Source: Octopus vulgaris (taxonomy: Eukaryota). Taken from it: a stretch of 64,000 nt of DNA. The position numbers and the translations under genes are program-made. Of the stretch, positions 12,062 to 28,059 are shown piece by piece. The notes under the pieces were generated by a model. The model saw only the letters and a program-made list of their open reading frames with translations, searched no databases and was not told the DNA's origin. The stretch is taken from positions 128,092,001 through 128,156,000 of the forward strand of contig OX597819.1 of NCBI GenBank assembly GCA_951406725.2, in the 5' to 3' direction. Each line of letters opens with the position of its first letter. The stretch's first letter is position 1.

Positions 12062-14275
12062 CACTGGTGAACAAAATTAATTATTTTTTAATCATCAGAG
12101 TTTCTGATTGACTTCTATGGATTAATTTTTTATGCTGATTACGAATCTGAAGTCTGATTTCCTCTGTCAGGTCACATTTTCATGTTAATGATACCTGCTG
12201 TTTTAAGTTATAGGATACGTAAAGCATGTCTGTATAAAGTATATTGAATACAAGATATAATTTCATGGCTTTTTATTGTACAAAATTAAAATTATTTTGT
12301 ACAAATAAGTTACAATACACTCAAATGCATAACAACTTGAAATCTTTGGGATTTGGACTTTCTATGGTGTTTTGTCTCAGGTTCATCCCTGTATAACATC
12401 CAACAGTAGTCAGCTAACATTCCTGCATTCCAAAATCCTTGATATCGTTATTCCAATGATGCAATATATTGATGAAAGTGTTCCCCTTGCTCATCAGACA
12501 CTGCTCCAAGGTTCTCTGCAAAAAAGTCCAGATGTGAATCAAGGAAATTGACTTTTAGTGACATCAGGCAGCCCATTGCAGTGTAGGAGTCTAGAAGACA
12601 TTTCACTCCAGTTCTAAACTCTAGAAATCTCTTGTTACCTAGGAAATTTTCACAGAGCCATTTGAAGGATTCCCATACTCAGTCTCATCCAGTGCTGTGA
12701 GGAAGTGGTTATCCTGGGTTCTTTTATCTGCGGGCCTATGAGTACGCCCTCCTTCAGTTTTACCTCGGTGATTTTTGGAAAGTTGGCCTTCGCATATTCA
12801 AAACATTTTCAGCTTTTCCTGGCAAGTGTCTTCACGAATTGTTTCATGAGGCCAAGCTTTATGTGAAGAGGGGGAAGAACATTTTCTGGGTTTAAAAGTG
12901 GTTTACTCTGGATGCTAGAAACTCCTAGCTCATAGGATTTTTACAAAGGCCACTCTGATTGCACATAGTGCTTGTTAGTTGCATGACTGTCCCATAGGCA
13001 TAAAAAGCAACAATATTTCGTGAACCCAGATTGCATTCCCATCAACATTCCAATCACCTTCAAGTCCCCGCATATTTTCCAGCTGTAGTTTGTATACTTT
13101 ATGGCATTGAGGATTATTTGCATGTTTTTATAACACTCCTTCATGTGCACTGAATGTTCTATGGGAATGGATGGTTTCTTATTGCTGTTGTGTAGTAGTA
13201 CTGCTTTGAGGTTTCTCTTAGATGAATCAATAAATAAGCGCCATTCAGCTGGAACATGCTCTTGGAACAAACAGCGAAATAACTCATCAGTGCTGTTACT
13301 GAAACAAAGTGGTCCATCAACAGAGAAGCATGAAGTCGGATCCCTATTTCTCTTCCTGAAATGAGTAATAAAAACGTTTCTTAAGCTGACACTTTCCTTG
13401 TAGATGAGATGCTAATAGCTCAGCTTTATCCTTCGACAGTGACAAGTCTCTAACTAAATCATTTAACTCTCCTTGAGAAAATTTCTGTGGTACGTCTTCA
13501 TTTTCAATCATGAAATCTGCATCCACTTCGGTGTCTTCCGCAGCAGTAGTATTTTATTCAGGAAATACATGTTCGCCAGACATCTGAAGGCCATTTTCTG
13601 GTGGTATTGGAATAGGAAGATCATCATCGTTGTGTGGTGCTGGTCTTCTTGCTGATTCCAAGTTGGGATACACAATCTTATGCTTGGTCTTTGCAGTAAA
13701 CCCACATACATTAACGTTGCAGAAATAAAAGTCCATGAAATGATCCTTTGGCTCTCTCCATATCATAGGTATTGCAAACGGCATAGCTCTCTACCTCTTA
13801 TTTAGCCAATCCCTTAGTCCATTTGAACAAGCTGAGCAGATGATATGCGGAGCCCAACTCTTATCTTGATCCCTGAGAGAGCAGCCAAAGTATAACTGGC
13901 AGATCTTGATTTCACTTGTGATGGCACGTTGCTGAGCTTTGGTGGTAAATGAACCACAGTCATGATAAAATATATCAGGACTGTTCTTGCAATGCCTTGA
14001 CATCCTGAGTAGAATTTGATGATGATGATGACTTGGCACCTTAAACAGAAAGTAAGATTTATGAAAAGAAAAGATTATGAAAACATAAAATTACAAAATG
14101 AATGCAAATAGTTATAAAGCAGAAGTCAGAATTTACCTGTATAAAACGTTTACGTGTAGCGATACTGCTGATGGGAGTTATATACCTGTCTCATCTCATC
14201 AGAAAAACTGTGCCTGATAGAAGGAAACCGATTATATTTTTGAAATCTGCGGACAAAACTAGCAACCAGCAAGCT
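12062..14275 (-). mobile_element. Decayed cut-and-paste DNA transposon; frameshifted DDE-type transposase pseudogene
   Basis: Colinear fragments DQDKSWAPHIICSAC, PFAIPMIWREPKDH, FSQGELNDLVRDLSLSKDKAELL, WRLFIDSSKRNLKAVLLHN, ICGDLKVIGMLMGMQSGFTKYCCFLCLWDS, HIKLGLMKQFVK, EQGEHFHQ, ADYCW; imperfect inverted subterminal sequences at ~12126-12180 and ~14203-14258. Superfamily not assigned. Confidence 0.85.
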
Positions 14276-14282
14276 TCCCATT

Positions 14283-14335
<53 letters not shown>

Positions 14336-15019
14336 CATATATATATTATTTATATTACACACAAACACACACACACACACACATATATATATATTTACAC
14401 AGACACACATTCACACAAACACACACACATACACACACACACAATGGGGCTTTTTACAGTTTCCGTCTACCAGATCCACTTACAAAGCTTTGGTCGGCTC
14501 GAAGCAATAATAGAAGGAAGACGTTCAAGGTGCCACGCACTGGAGCAGAGCGCAGAACCATGTGGTCGGGAAGTAGACCTGTGCGTGGAGGAATGGCAGG
14601 GTTGTGTGGTGTGTATGCATGTGCATTTGAGTTTGTATTTGTTCACTCCGCTGCTTAAAAAAGGTTGCTGGTTTGTTTGTAGCCTCGTATTAAAGCAGTT
14701 CGGCAAAAGAAACCGATACCACACGGGACAGTTAAAACCAAGTACTGCAGTTAAATGGTTTGACCAGACAATCTAAGGTGGTGCGCCTGCAAGGTTGCAG
14801 TCCAATTACTAAAACAAGTTGAATGATACATGCGCATGCGCACGTACACAGACACAGATATACACACTCACACACACACACATACACACACACGTATGTG
14901 TATATAGAATTTAAAATTGAGCTCCATTTTAAATCTTATACATATGAAGTAATATTTATATTTCGTTGGCTGTAATTTTTTCTCTTAGATCCCACCAATT
15001 ATCAAAACAATGCTCTCTT

Positions 15020-15085
<66 letters not shown>

Positions 15086-15224
15086 ATGCAGCCAATACAC
15101 ACACTCACACGTAGACATATGAGTATTACAGAATGAAATTTCACACACATACATATATATATACATGCATCTATCCATCCATCCATACGCACGTACGTAC
15201 ATACATCCATCCATATATATATGT

Positions 15225-15315
<91 letters not shown>

Positions 15316-15329
15316 CATACATACATAAA

Positions 15330-15363
<34 letters not shown>

Positions 15364-15742
15364 CACACGCGCACACATATATATATATATATATATTCAG
15401 AGAGAGAGAGAGAGAGACATATACATAAACCAGTTTTCGTTGAGAGTTCATTCATGATATTTGGTGTTAAACGCTGACGACAATGCTGAGCTTCCTGTAT
15501 GTTGATTCGTACGCTATTTCCATCACGCCGAACCTAACAGCCCAATGACATTTGCTATATAGATTGCGACTTTCTTAACTGGTCTCAAGCGTGCAATTTT
15601 CCACCACGGTTGAACAAATGCCAAGCACGGTTGTAGTGCTTCCACTTGAAACTAGTGTTACACCCCGGTGGAAAACAAAACAGGAAAAGAAACAAAACAA
15701 CAAAAACAAAAAAGAACCGTCATGACAATAATAATAATAATG

Positions 15743-15787
<45 letters not shown>

Positions 15788-16501
15788 TCAAAATATGAAC
15801 GAGATATTTTTGGATAATGGAAGAAAAATATTAACAAAATACAATCTGTTATAATTTTGGGGTAAAGGCGTTCATTATCTTCGTTGTTATTTCGTCTGTC
15901 GTTGTTGCTGCTGCTGCTACTGCTGCTGCTAATGCTGTTGTTGCTTTTGTTGTTGTTATTGTTGTTGTTGTTGTAGACGGGGCAGTAGCATTGATAGTGG
16001 TTGATCTTGTTGATTTTTGCAGTTATACTTAATGATTTTATTGTATGGTGTTGTTGATTTTGTTGTACTTTTTACTCCAGTTTCTCATGTTTTCGTATGT
16101 AAATATGTTTCGTATATGTTTTCTTATGGTTCTGTAACTGAGAAAGAGAGAGGAAATGAGGGAGAGAATGATAGAGAAAGAAAGAGAAGTAGAACTTAGA
16201 CACAGAGTACGATGTAACCACCAGAAAGAGAAAGAAATGGGTGGATATAGAAAGAAAATCAAAGACAAGGAACTAGTGTTATGCCTTGGAGGTATTGTAT
16301 CCTTAGCTGTTTTCCATTATTTTCCATAATTTACTGAAGAATTCGCACAGTATCCAATATTGCGATGTTCGATGTACCAGGGATTTGTAGAGTCTGACAA
16401 GTTACAAGGAACAGAAAAAGACAGCATTTTATGCAGTGTGCATGCCCTTCCAACTAAACATTTATGAAACCCACCAAAATTGCAGGGTACCACCCATGCC
16501 C

Positions 16502-16538
<37 letters not shown>

Positions 16539-16577
16539 TCAAAGATATATGAAGAAAAGAGAGTTGCATGTCTGTAA

Positions 16578-16642
<65 letters not shown>

Positions 16643-16737
16643 TATCCTGCATCAAAGAGCCCAAAAGGAGAATGTTGCAAAATTATAGCCAATCACACTC
16701 AAATAATAACAACAATAGTAATAATAGCAAGTCATGA

Positions 16738-16762
16738 CAATAACAACAACAACAACAATAAT

Positions 16763-16857
<95 letters not shown>

Positions 16858-16858
16858 A

Positions 16859-16889
<31 letters not shown>

Positions 16890-16925
16890 CGATGACGACC
16901 ACTTTGAGGAAGATGATGATGATGA
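16738..16925. repeat. Compound (AAC)n(AAT)n(GAT)n trinucleotide microsatellite
   Basis: Direct reading. Confidence 0.95.
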
Positions 16926-17387
16926 GTCAATCTTGATTTTGTCTTAAAACCTAGGAATTGTGATTTAGATTGCTCAAAGAATGGATTAAAATACAAAAAT
17001 TTCCAGCCTGAGAAAAAAATCAATTGACAGGTTAGATTTTTTTTTAAAGGATTTATATGGTTTTCAATTTTCTTTCTATATGCATGACTGATTTGTATAT
17101 ATAATGTGTATATATACATACATACATACACACATACATACATACATACATACATACATACATACATACATACACACTCATACGCGCACACACACGCACA
17201 CACACAAATACTCCCTACCACATATATATGTATATATGTAAAGTAAAATTACATGAAAGAAATATAAAAATATAAGTATATGTGTGTGTGTGTATACATA
17301 AACGTATATAATATACACGTTCGGCCTAGTCTCTCAGTTTATATTTATGTGTGTATTCTACATATTTTACATATATTTTATATAATC

Positions 17388-17962
17388 TCTTTTACTTGTT
17401 ACAGTCACTAGACTGCGATCATGCTAGGAAACCACCTTGGAAAATTTTAGTCGAACAAATTGACCCAAGGACTTATTTCCTTCTAAATCCTGAGCGTTAT
17501 TCTGTTGGTTTCTTTTAGCGAACCGCCACATTACGGGAACGAAACACGCCAAAACCGGATGTCAAGCAATGTGGGAGACACTCATAGACATACTGTGTCC
17601 CCCCCCCCGCCCATATAAGCACAAATATATATATATATATATATATATCTACAGCATTCTTCTTTCAGTTTTCGTTTACCAAAATCACTCGGACGTTTTT
17701 GGTCGGCCAGGGGCTATTGTAGAATTTGGCCAATATGCCAGGAAGCGGGATTCACCTGGGATCATAGGGTTGGGAAGCAAATTTCCTACCACAGCCATGC
17801 CTGTGCCTTCAAATTCCGCCGAGGTCGACTTTGCCTTTCATCCTTTCGGGGTCGCTAAATAAAGTACCAGTTACGCACTGGGGTCGATGTAATCGACTTA
17901 ATCCCTTTGTCTGTCCTTGTTTGTCCCCTCTGTGTTTAGCCCCTTGTGGGTAGTAAAGAAAT
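17388..17962. mobile_element. Diverged SINE family D (-) joined directly to the 3' half of SINE family A (+)
   Basis: 17388-17808 matches family D reversed; 17809-17962 matches 3321-3474. Confidence 0.8.
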
Positions 17963-18004
17963 ATATATATTCATGTCCCTATCTCCATAGTTATACGTTG
18001 CGCA

Positions 18005-18162
<158 letters not shown>

Positions 18163-18246
18163 TATTTATATGTATATGTATATATTTATATGTATATATA
18201 CTGTATGTGCGTATATATATGTATCTCGTAATGTATATATTTACTG

Positions 18247-18280
<34 letters not shown>

Positions 18281-18568
18281 GCGTGTTTCTATATATGCAT
18301 ATATTTTGAACTTCTTTTTACCAAAGTCCTAGAGTGACCCCTCTAAAAGCTGGAGTCAATTGAGTAATGCAGAACTGGTATGAGAGTTGGGTCCGACGGA
18401 TTATACCCGAAACTCAGTGGTCCTCCCATGTGCTACGCTACGCCGTTCCGCCTGGGTGTTACATTAAGTGCCAATGAATTACTACTTCCCATGATCAAAC
18501 AAGTGGAATAATCACCGCCTAAACCAAAGGAATTTCATTTAAGTCTCTCTCCCCTCTCTGTTCTCTTA

Positions 18569-18600
<32 letters not shown>

Positions 18601-18752
18601 TTCTCTCTCTCTCTCTCTCACTCTCACTCGTCTTTAACAACGCAGGCCTACACATTCATTCATACACACGCATGCACGCGCGCGCACACACACACTCTCT
18701 ATACTCAGAGATATGCAGTATATAAGTGTGTGCGTGTGTGCCAACATGTATT

Positions 18753-18783
<31 letters not shown>

Positions 18784-18845
18784 ATACATATATATACTTA
18801 TACATACATATATATGTATACACACACATATATACATATATAAAT

Positions 18846-18945
<100 letters not shown>

Positions 18946-19020
18946 AAATGGAAAGATGAATTTTCTTGTTACAGATTATTCAAAAGTTTATCTTCGTTCA
19001 ACTACATTTCTTCCATTCAC

Positions 19021-19084
<64 letters not shown>

Positions 19085-19673
19085 CTTAAGCAAGTATATA
19101 TATATATTTGTATGCATATATATGTGTATGAATGGAGAGGAAGCGGGTGAAATACAGTCAGACAGAGATAATTTGAATCACATATGTACTTATATACACG
19201 TGCTTGTATGTATATGCTTGTGCGCGCACGCGCGGAAATCGAAGGTCACTACCTTGGATTTTGACTTGCAGTTTACATACGAAATGTGACAGGTACACCT
19301 AATATTACTAAAGGAACAAATTTTAGATCAATATAAAGAAATATATCTAGAGGTACTATTTAACTGTCACTCATTCTTCAAGGACATTTGCACTACGAGA
19401 TAACAAAATTTACTGTGACAAGAAAATGCCAGCACTTATTTATATGACCAATCACAAGAATTATAATTGAAGGCATGGAATTATAATTGAAGGCATGGAA
19501 GGCATGCCTGAAGAGGCATGGAACGGTCTGCCTTTCCCAAAATCATTCAGGATATCATGTTTTACTGGTTTATAAATTTGCATACAATCTGTGTGTGTGT
19601 GCATGTGTACATAGTACATACATACATATGTATATATATTTACTTTATATATCTATATGTGTGTGTATGTATA

Positions 19674-19728
<55 letters not shown>

Positions 19729-19776
19729 GTGTGTGTATGTATGTGTGTGTATGTGTGTGTGTGCGTGTGTGTGTGT

Positions 19777-20111
19777 GTAAATTAATATGTGACAATTACT
19801 CAGTAGCCAAGATAAAACTCCGAGTTTCGGTTGCCGAGGTGGAAATCCACACCACCATTTCTTCGGTTATCTGGCCATCTCTTTTTTGGATAATCGCCAG
19901 ACATCGGTTGAGGACTCTAACACACAGAAGAATTTAATAAAAAGAGATGGCCAGATAACCGAAGAGACGGTGGTGTGGATTTCCACCTCGGCATCCGAAG
20001 AGTTTTATCGTGGTTACTGAATAATTGTCACATATTAATTTACAGATAAATTCCTCTATTTGCATAATACTGAAGTCTCTTTCTTTCTTTTGTTATCTTA
20101 CCGTTTTTACC
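19777..20111 (+). mobile_element. Fold-back element, class I, with hammerhead-like motif (Penelope-like pLTR remnant)
   Basis: ~105-bp inverted arms 19777-19886 / 19939-20043; second copy of the family at 24426-24670. Confidence 0.8.
19806..19875 (-). ncRNA. Type I hammerhead-like ribozyme, U4C variant
   Basis: GCCAGAUAA-CCGAAGA-[imperfect stem II]-GAAA-CUCGGAG-UU-UUAUCUUGGC; ~9-bp stem I. Confidence 0.6.
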
Positions 20112-20720
20112 ATTATATATATATATATATATAGAACCAATAATTATAATGATATAGAATGTGGAGATTTGATCATCCTAAACATTTATTTTCTTTTATC
20201 TAACCATTTCGTACACCATATTTTTATGGTTATTACAACCTACACGTGTTTCCACTGCACAGACTATGGGCAAGTTGAACATGCAATTGAGCCTAAGTTT
20301 TTTCGCAGCTTTGTTACAGAGAATATCACCTGACAGAGAAGCGAACATGAAATTACCCATCGGTGGAATTTACAGCATCAAGTACAACCCATAGGTGTCA
20401 TAAATATTAAATACTAATCGATACGGTTAGCTTAATCTCGAAGAAAACGTAATCATGACATCACACACACACACAAACAACCACCCCATATATATATATA
20501 TAAATTAGAAAAAAACACCTTTTATCAATTCAAAATGAACAATTAAATTACACCATCTAGAAAATTACATATAATACACATGGCCTTGCTATTTGCTTTT
20601 GAGCCAAATTAACTAACTAACTAACTAGCAAATATTAAAATTAAAATACATACATATATATATGTTTGTGTGTTAGTATGTACGTATGTACGCATGTATA
20701 TGTATATATATATACGCGCG

Positions 20721-20753
<33 letters not shown>

Positions 20754-21376
20754 ATTAATCGGAGGCCGCAATAATATTTTAACATGTCATTTTTGTTCCT
20801 GCGCAATCTCCGTGGCTTAAGTGCAAATAACATTATATATTTCTAATGTAATTCATATGCAATAATCATCATTTTTAGTCACTACACATATAATGATCGT
20901 GTAATAATTACATAATACATAGATAATTAATTAATTTCAATGTGAATGGTAATTCCTTTCAAAATTCATTTTTGATGAACTAACATAGTCATCAAATTAA
21001 AATTAATTAGTTATATATTAATTACCTAACAAATATACAGTTTATGGTGTTTTACACTTAAGACCTAGAATTAAATGCAGAACAAAACAAAATGAAATTT
21101 CAAAATATAATTGAGACATTTGTTTTCATTTCTTCTAAATATTTTACTCAGAATATTCGTTTTACTCTGATATTTTGGAGCTTAAAAACATGTTAAAGAA
21201 ATGAGCAACTCAAGTCCGCTAAGTTTTTTCCTAATGATTAAACACTATTTAAAACATTTTATCTGTGTATGCAAACGGTTATATATTTATATGTATGTGC
21301 ATATGCAGATATGTACATATGCATGTGTGTGTGTGTGTGGTTGAGATAGATAGATAGATAGATAGATAGAGAGAGA

Positions 21377-21420
<44 letters not shown>

Positions 21421-21972
21421 CGGTTCCTGTTTTTGTATTTTGCACGTAATTTTTTTATTAAAGGCTTCATATTCAAGGACTTAAGTGCACTGATTAATAG
21501 TGAATTTTCAATGAAAGTTCTAAGCAATATATTATTGGTTATTATAGAGAAACAAAGCCACTCGCACAAATATGCAATGGAACTTGCACGATCGAGATGT
21601 GTCCCTGTATAATTGAGGCTAATAGTGTAGTGTGTGATCGTGTAAATGCGTTTATGTACATAAAGTCTATGACTAAAAAGGAATATTTCTATATATGCAT
21701 TCATACTTCGGTGAAAATCGGAATGATATTTCTAAGATATTATTCTTCAAAGACAATACCTTTTGATAGTAAGTAAAATCAAAAAGCAATAAATATTTGC
21801 TTACGGAAGGGGAAAATTACGATATATATAACTAAATAGGAGTATCGTTCATAGTGTATGTTAATTTATATACGTATACGTATATGCATATGCTTGTAAT
21901 ACACACACACATACACAAATACATATACATATATATATATATATATATATACATATATACACATATATGTGT

Positions 21973-22010
<38 letters not shown>

Positions 22011-22048
22011 GCATAGATATATACATATATATATGCATAGATATATGC

Positions 22049-22081
<33 letters not shown>

Positions 22082-22152
22082 CACACATATATAGATATAT
22101 CTTACCTTTGGCACATATATGCATAAATCAAACATACACACACACACACACG

Positions 22153-22216
<64 letters not shown>

Positions 22217-22224
22217 TATATATA

Positions 22225-22460
22225 TAATTATTTGAGGGAATATTATTCCTAACTTAGAGGGAAAAATTCAATTTAGAAATACTAAATCAAATTTCACAAA
22301 ATATAATATATATATATATATAAAAATTAGAAAAAAATACCTTTCATCAATTCAAAATGAACAATTAAATTACGACATCTAGAAAATTACATTTAATAGA
22401 AATATTAATATTAAAATAACAATAATATACCGATGATTAAGTAAATTGCAAAATAATATT
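22225..22460. repeat. TA-adjacent dispersed repeat (AAATTAGAAAAAAACACCTTTTATCAATTCAAAATGAAC family)
   Basis: Same block begins right after (TA)n at ~20502, ~22324, ~47365 and ~53557. Confidence 0.75.
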
Positions 22461-22784
22461 AAAAACGTAACCCATACATATGTCGCTAGATAGCTGTATA
22501 ACGATATAAATATATTGTATAATATATATGATCGCATATATTGCACACAGGAAATAGTATTTGCTTATCCGTATATACATGAATATGTGTGTCTGGTGTG
22601 TGTGTGTGTGAGTGTGTGTGTATTTGTTTGTGTGTGCTTTTGTCCCAACGAATATTTAGATGCATAAATATACATATGTATACACAATGAATTTATACAT
22701 AAATTCATATTTTGCAGTTATATATATACACACATACATATGTATATATATGTATGTATATATATACACACATACATATGTATA

Positions 22785-22859
<75 letters not shown>

Positions 22860-23283
22860 ATATGTATATATATGTATGTATATATATACACATACATATG
22901 TATATGTATGTATATATATATATATATACACACATATATATATTCATTTATATATATATATATATGCATGAAAATTTATATATGTATATATATGCATATA
23001 CCGTTATATATATCTATGTAAATATGTACACGCAGAATCACATTCACATGTACGCATATATGTGTATACATGTATGCATACTAAAAAACATTCATATATA
23101 AGATACAGACACAAATATTTCTATAACATATACATGTATAGATGGATAAATATTTAGATAAACCTTATATGAATAAATATGTATGTGGTGATTGTGTGTG
23201 TGAGTGTGTTCCTGTTTGTACACATATACGTACATTTGCTTTTATTTACACAATTTACACAGACATAAATGTACTTATACGTA

Positions 23284-23341
<58 letters not shown>

Positions 23342-23590
23342 GTTCCTAATATATTGATATACACTCTCTGATTAAACACGTACCTATCAGCTATATATTT
23401 GACCATGTCTGTATATATATACTTATGAGACGAGGCCCAAATCTATATTATTCATCAAAATAAAGTTATAACTACATTGTAATTCAATGCTATTTAGAAA
23501 TATTCAGCGGAAGTTACAACTTGAAAGAAGTCATTTGATATGCAAATGTAGAGAGTTAACATTCATTTTGCAATATTGACTTATACAAGA

Positions 23591-23795
23591 GGCGGCGAGC
23601 TGGCAGACACGTTAGCACGCCGGGCGAAATGCTTAGCGGTATTTCGTCTGCCGTCACGTTCTGAGTTCAAATTCCGTCCAGGTCAACTTTGCCTTTCATC
23701 CTTTCGGGGTAGATAAATTAAGTACCAGTTGCGTAGATTTAGTTGATATGCCCCTCCGTCCCAAAATTGCGGGCTTTGTGCCTAGAGTAGAAAAG
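23591..23795 (+). mobile_element. SINE family A with alternative 3' tail
   Basis: Head and central block match 3248-3385. Confidence 0.85.
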
Positions 23796-24057
23796 ATTAT
23801 TTATTTATACAAAGTTTCTTAATTTATCTAACGTACCTAGATACTTACGCGCATACATACATACATACATACATACATACATACATACATGCATGCATGC
23901 ATGCATGTATGCAAGCATACATACATACATACATACATACATGCATGCATACATACATACATACATACATACATATGTACGTACGTATACGCTTCCATAT
24001 ATGATGCATGTATGCATTTAGACGGAGATAGGTAGATAGATAGACAGATAGATAGAA

Positions 24058-24096
<39 letters not shown>

Positions 24097-24319
24097 TAGA
24101 TAGATGGCTCACTGACTGGCTGGCTGGCTGGCTGGCTGGTTGGATGGATGGGTACATTAATACGTATAAGGATTAATGAACGTGAAGCACGTATTAATTT
24201 CTCGTAAAATATAAGTTGAATATCTATATAAATCTAATCTATGTATATATTTATGAATATGCAGATATAGATATGTAGATAGATATATATATACATACAT
24301 ACATATATATATATGTATG

Positions 24320-24365
<46 letters not shown>

Positions 24366-24385
24366 TATATATGTATGTATGTATG

Positions 24386-24425
<40 letters not shown>

Positions 24426-24427
<2 letters not shown>

Positions 24428-24670
24428 TAAAAACGGTAAGATAACAAAAGAAAGAAAGAGACCTCAATATTATGTAAATAGAGGAAAGTTATCAGTAAAT
24501 TAATATGTTACCATTATTCAATAGCCAAGATAAAACTCTGAGTTTCGGATGCCGAAGTGGAAATCCACAACACCATCTCCGAAGAGATGGTGTTGTGGCT
24601 TTCCACTTCGGCATCCGAAACTCAGAGTTTTATGTTGGCTATTGAATAATGGTAACATATTAATTTACAG
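24426..24670 (-). mobile_element. Fold-back element, class I, same family as 19777
   Basis: 85-bp arms 24495-24579 / 24584-24668 around a 4-nt loop; plus strand reads CCGAAGA(24579)..GAAA CTCAGAG TT. Confidence 0.8.
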
Positions 24671-24676
24671 ACACAT

Positions 24677-24796
<120 letters not shown>

Positions 24797-25003
24797 TGAG
24801 AGGCCAGGAAAAAAAGAGACCTGAAGGAGTGTGGAAGAGATACATCTAGTAACTCCAGTTGAATACCTATAGATTTTTACAGTTAAGCAAAGTGCATGCA
24901 GTGTCCATGAAGAATATGTGGCATGTATGATTTTCTGCTTGACATGCTGAATAATTATTTAAGTGTTCATACGCGCACGCATATTGACATATACATACAC
25001 AAT

Positions 25004-25048
<45 letters not shown>

Positions 25049-25123
25049 TTATACATATTTACGAATGCAGCAGCACACGTGTTTATATATGTGTATATAT
25101 TCATACATATATGTGTGTGTGAA

Positions 25124-25161
<38 letters not shown>

Positions 25162-25483
25162 TGTACCTGTATATGTGTATGTATATGTATAAATTTTTTA
25201 TCGTTGGTAGATTTATGTTGCCCATTAACGAAATATTTTTCTATTCAGTCTCAAATCTATCAACTCGCGCGCAAACAGGAATAATATTCCAAAATTATGT
25301 GAGTTGCCGCCAGTCATCCACGAAAAATAATTTGGCCTTGACATTGAGAAGACTTTGTATTACTTCGTCGTAATTCATACACGTATGTCCATGAAGATTT
25401 ATAAGCTTCTGTATATGTATATACACATATACCATATATATTAAAATTAATTAGAATTAGTATGTGTGGTATATATATATATA

Positions 25484-25530
25484 TGTCAGTGAACAGGTCG
25501 CGGTCTTAAAGCGATGAAAGTATTTTGACA
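25484..25530 (+). ncRNA. Type I hammerhead-like ribozyme, G3-C8 variant
   Basis: UGUCA-GUGAACA-g-GUCGC-ggucuuaaa-GCGAU-GAAA-GUAU-UU-UGACA. Confidence 0.6.
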
Positions 25531-25614
25531 GATTAAACTTAAATGTTGAAGTGAATCGAACGGCTTTTGTGTGTTTCTGAAATGGCTTACCAACACCTTC
25601 CACGCTGCAATTGT

Positions 25615-25667
<53 letters not shown>

Positions 25668-26205
25668 AATATATATATATGTATATATATATATATGTTA
25701 ATATATGTATATACACACACACGCGCGCATACACACACACTCATACATACACACACATATATATATATGAATTTTTCCTTAGTCATAGCGAGAGTAATTG
25801 CCTAAGGATAGTGATCAATCATATATATATACTTGAGAATAAAGCCTCAGTAGAGTACAGAGCGTAATATGAAATTAAATAAAAATACTATGGAAAAGGA
25901 AATTATTCTTTGAACTCCATTAGCCTATAGCTGTGTCTACTTTAATCACTTGCTATGCAAGTACATCTCCGTGTGTCTACTTTACTGCTACGAAATGCTA
26001 TGAATTCAGACGTGAGTGATTGTTCAACAGTTTAAATCATTCTCGGAGTTTCTATGTAGTGCTCTGAGTGTACTGCATCGGATAGCAGAAACTTATGAAC
26101 GCTAACGGTCTTCATTAGATAATTCCCTGTTCTTTTCAGTTATTAATTTCATATATACGTGTGTGATGTTGAGCACTCATTTCATTGTTCGACATTTACG
26201 TGTGC

Positions 26206-26269
<64 letters not shown>

Positions 26270-26419
26270 ATTCACATAAATATATGTATATATATATGTA
26301 TATATATATATACGTATATATATGCACATCTATATATATTTATATATATAAATATATATATATATGTATATATACATATATATATATGCATATTTATATA
26401 TATTTATATATATATATGC

Positions 26420-26461
<42 letters not shown>

Positions 26462-26969
26462 CATATATACATATATGTATATATTTACATATATACATAT
26501 ATACATAAATGTATATGTACATATTTACGTATATACATATTCACGTATATACATATATACATATATATATATGCGTATCTATACATATATTTATATATAT
26601 AGTTGTATATACATTCATATATATATAAATGCATGTATATATATGTATATATATATTTACATATATATATGTATGTATATAAATACAAACACGCACAGAT
26701 ATACGCAGACGCTCAGACACACACATATGCATATGTATGTATGTATGTATGTATATATACGCATATATGTATACATACATATATATTTACATGTATGTAT
26801 ATACACGCACATACGCACACATATACATATATATTGACATATATGCACATATATGTATTTACTGCTCTTCGTTTTATAGACATTATGATCATCCCAAGAT
26901 GCAACAAGTATGTTTATGTATGTATGTTTGTATACATGTATTTGTGTTTGTGTGTGTGTGCGTGTGTGT

Positions 26970-27069
<100 letters not shown>

Positions 27070-27840
27070 GTGTTATACTGTGCAATATTTTTTTTCTAAT
27101 GTCCTATTTCAATAAATATTTACTTTGCAAAAAATATTATTCGGTATTTCTCAAGTGCTACGGTTCCATCATATAATTTTTGTACAGGTTTTATATCTAT
27201 ACAAAACTCTGGCGTACGGGATTACGCCTACTTGCTTCAAGAGGGCAGGTTTTGATTATAACCCTAATTACATAAAATATAAATATATATATATAGTTAT
27301 AAATATATTTTAAAACACATATTTTTTCATACATGCATTTATAAAAGTATATATGTATTTATATGCTTCAGACATTTGACTGCGGCCGTGAAGGAGCACC
27401 ACCTTTAAAATATAAATATATATATATATATATTTATACACACACATATATATCTATGTGCGTGTGTGTATGTATATACACATTTTTAAATATATATCTG
27501 TGTGTATATATATATATATCCATATACATTCATATATATTTGTATGCATGAGAGTGATTTTGTTTTATGTGTGTGACTATTTTATTCTATTCTATTTTAA
27601 ATTCGATTTCTGCTGGCGATTGTGACCATGCAAGTGTACCGCCATTATGATGAAACACCACTATTTCATATAAGCTTTATATACGCGCACACACACACAC
27701 ACACACATACACACACATATATATATATATACTTACATGTAATTACATAAGTATGTATGCAAATATACATATATATGTATATGTATGTGTGTATGTATGT
27801 ATATACATATATATAAATATATATATATACATATATATGA

Positions 27841-27875
<35 letters not shown>

Positions 27876-28017
27876 CATATATATATATATATATATGTAT
27901 ACATACTTACATACTTACATACACGTATACACGCATAGAATCATACTGATTCGTATATATTATGTCACTATTTGTATATTTGTATGCATGTGTGTGCACG
28001 CATGCGTGTGTGTCTGT

Positions 28018-28059
<42 letters not shown>

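Noticed and set aside
15541-15636. Cys-rich open frame PNDICYIDCDFLNWSQAC after an AG
   Set aside because: Short, poor pyrimidine tract, no recognisable domain.
16568-17221. Poly-N/poly-M/poly-H ORFs
   Set aside because: Trinucleotide microsatellite read-through.
18320-18535. Unique, relatively GC-rich island; considered as miRNA, exon or hammerhead
   Set aside because: No convincing hairpin, ORF or complete ribozyme core.
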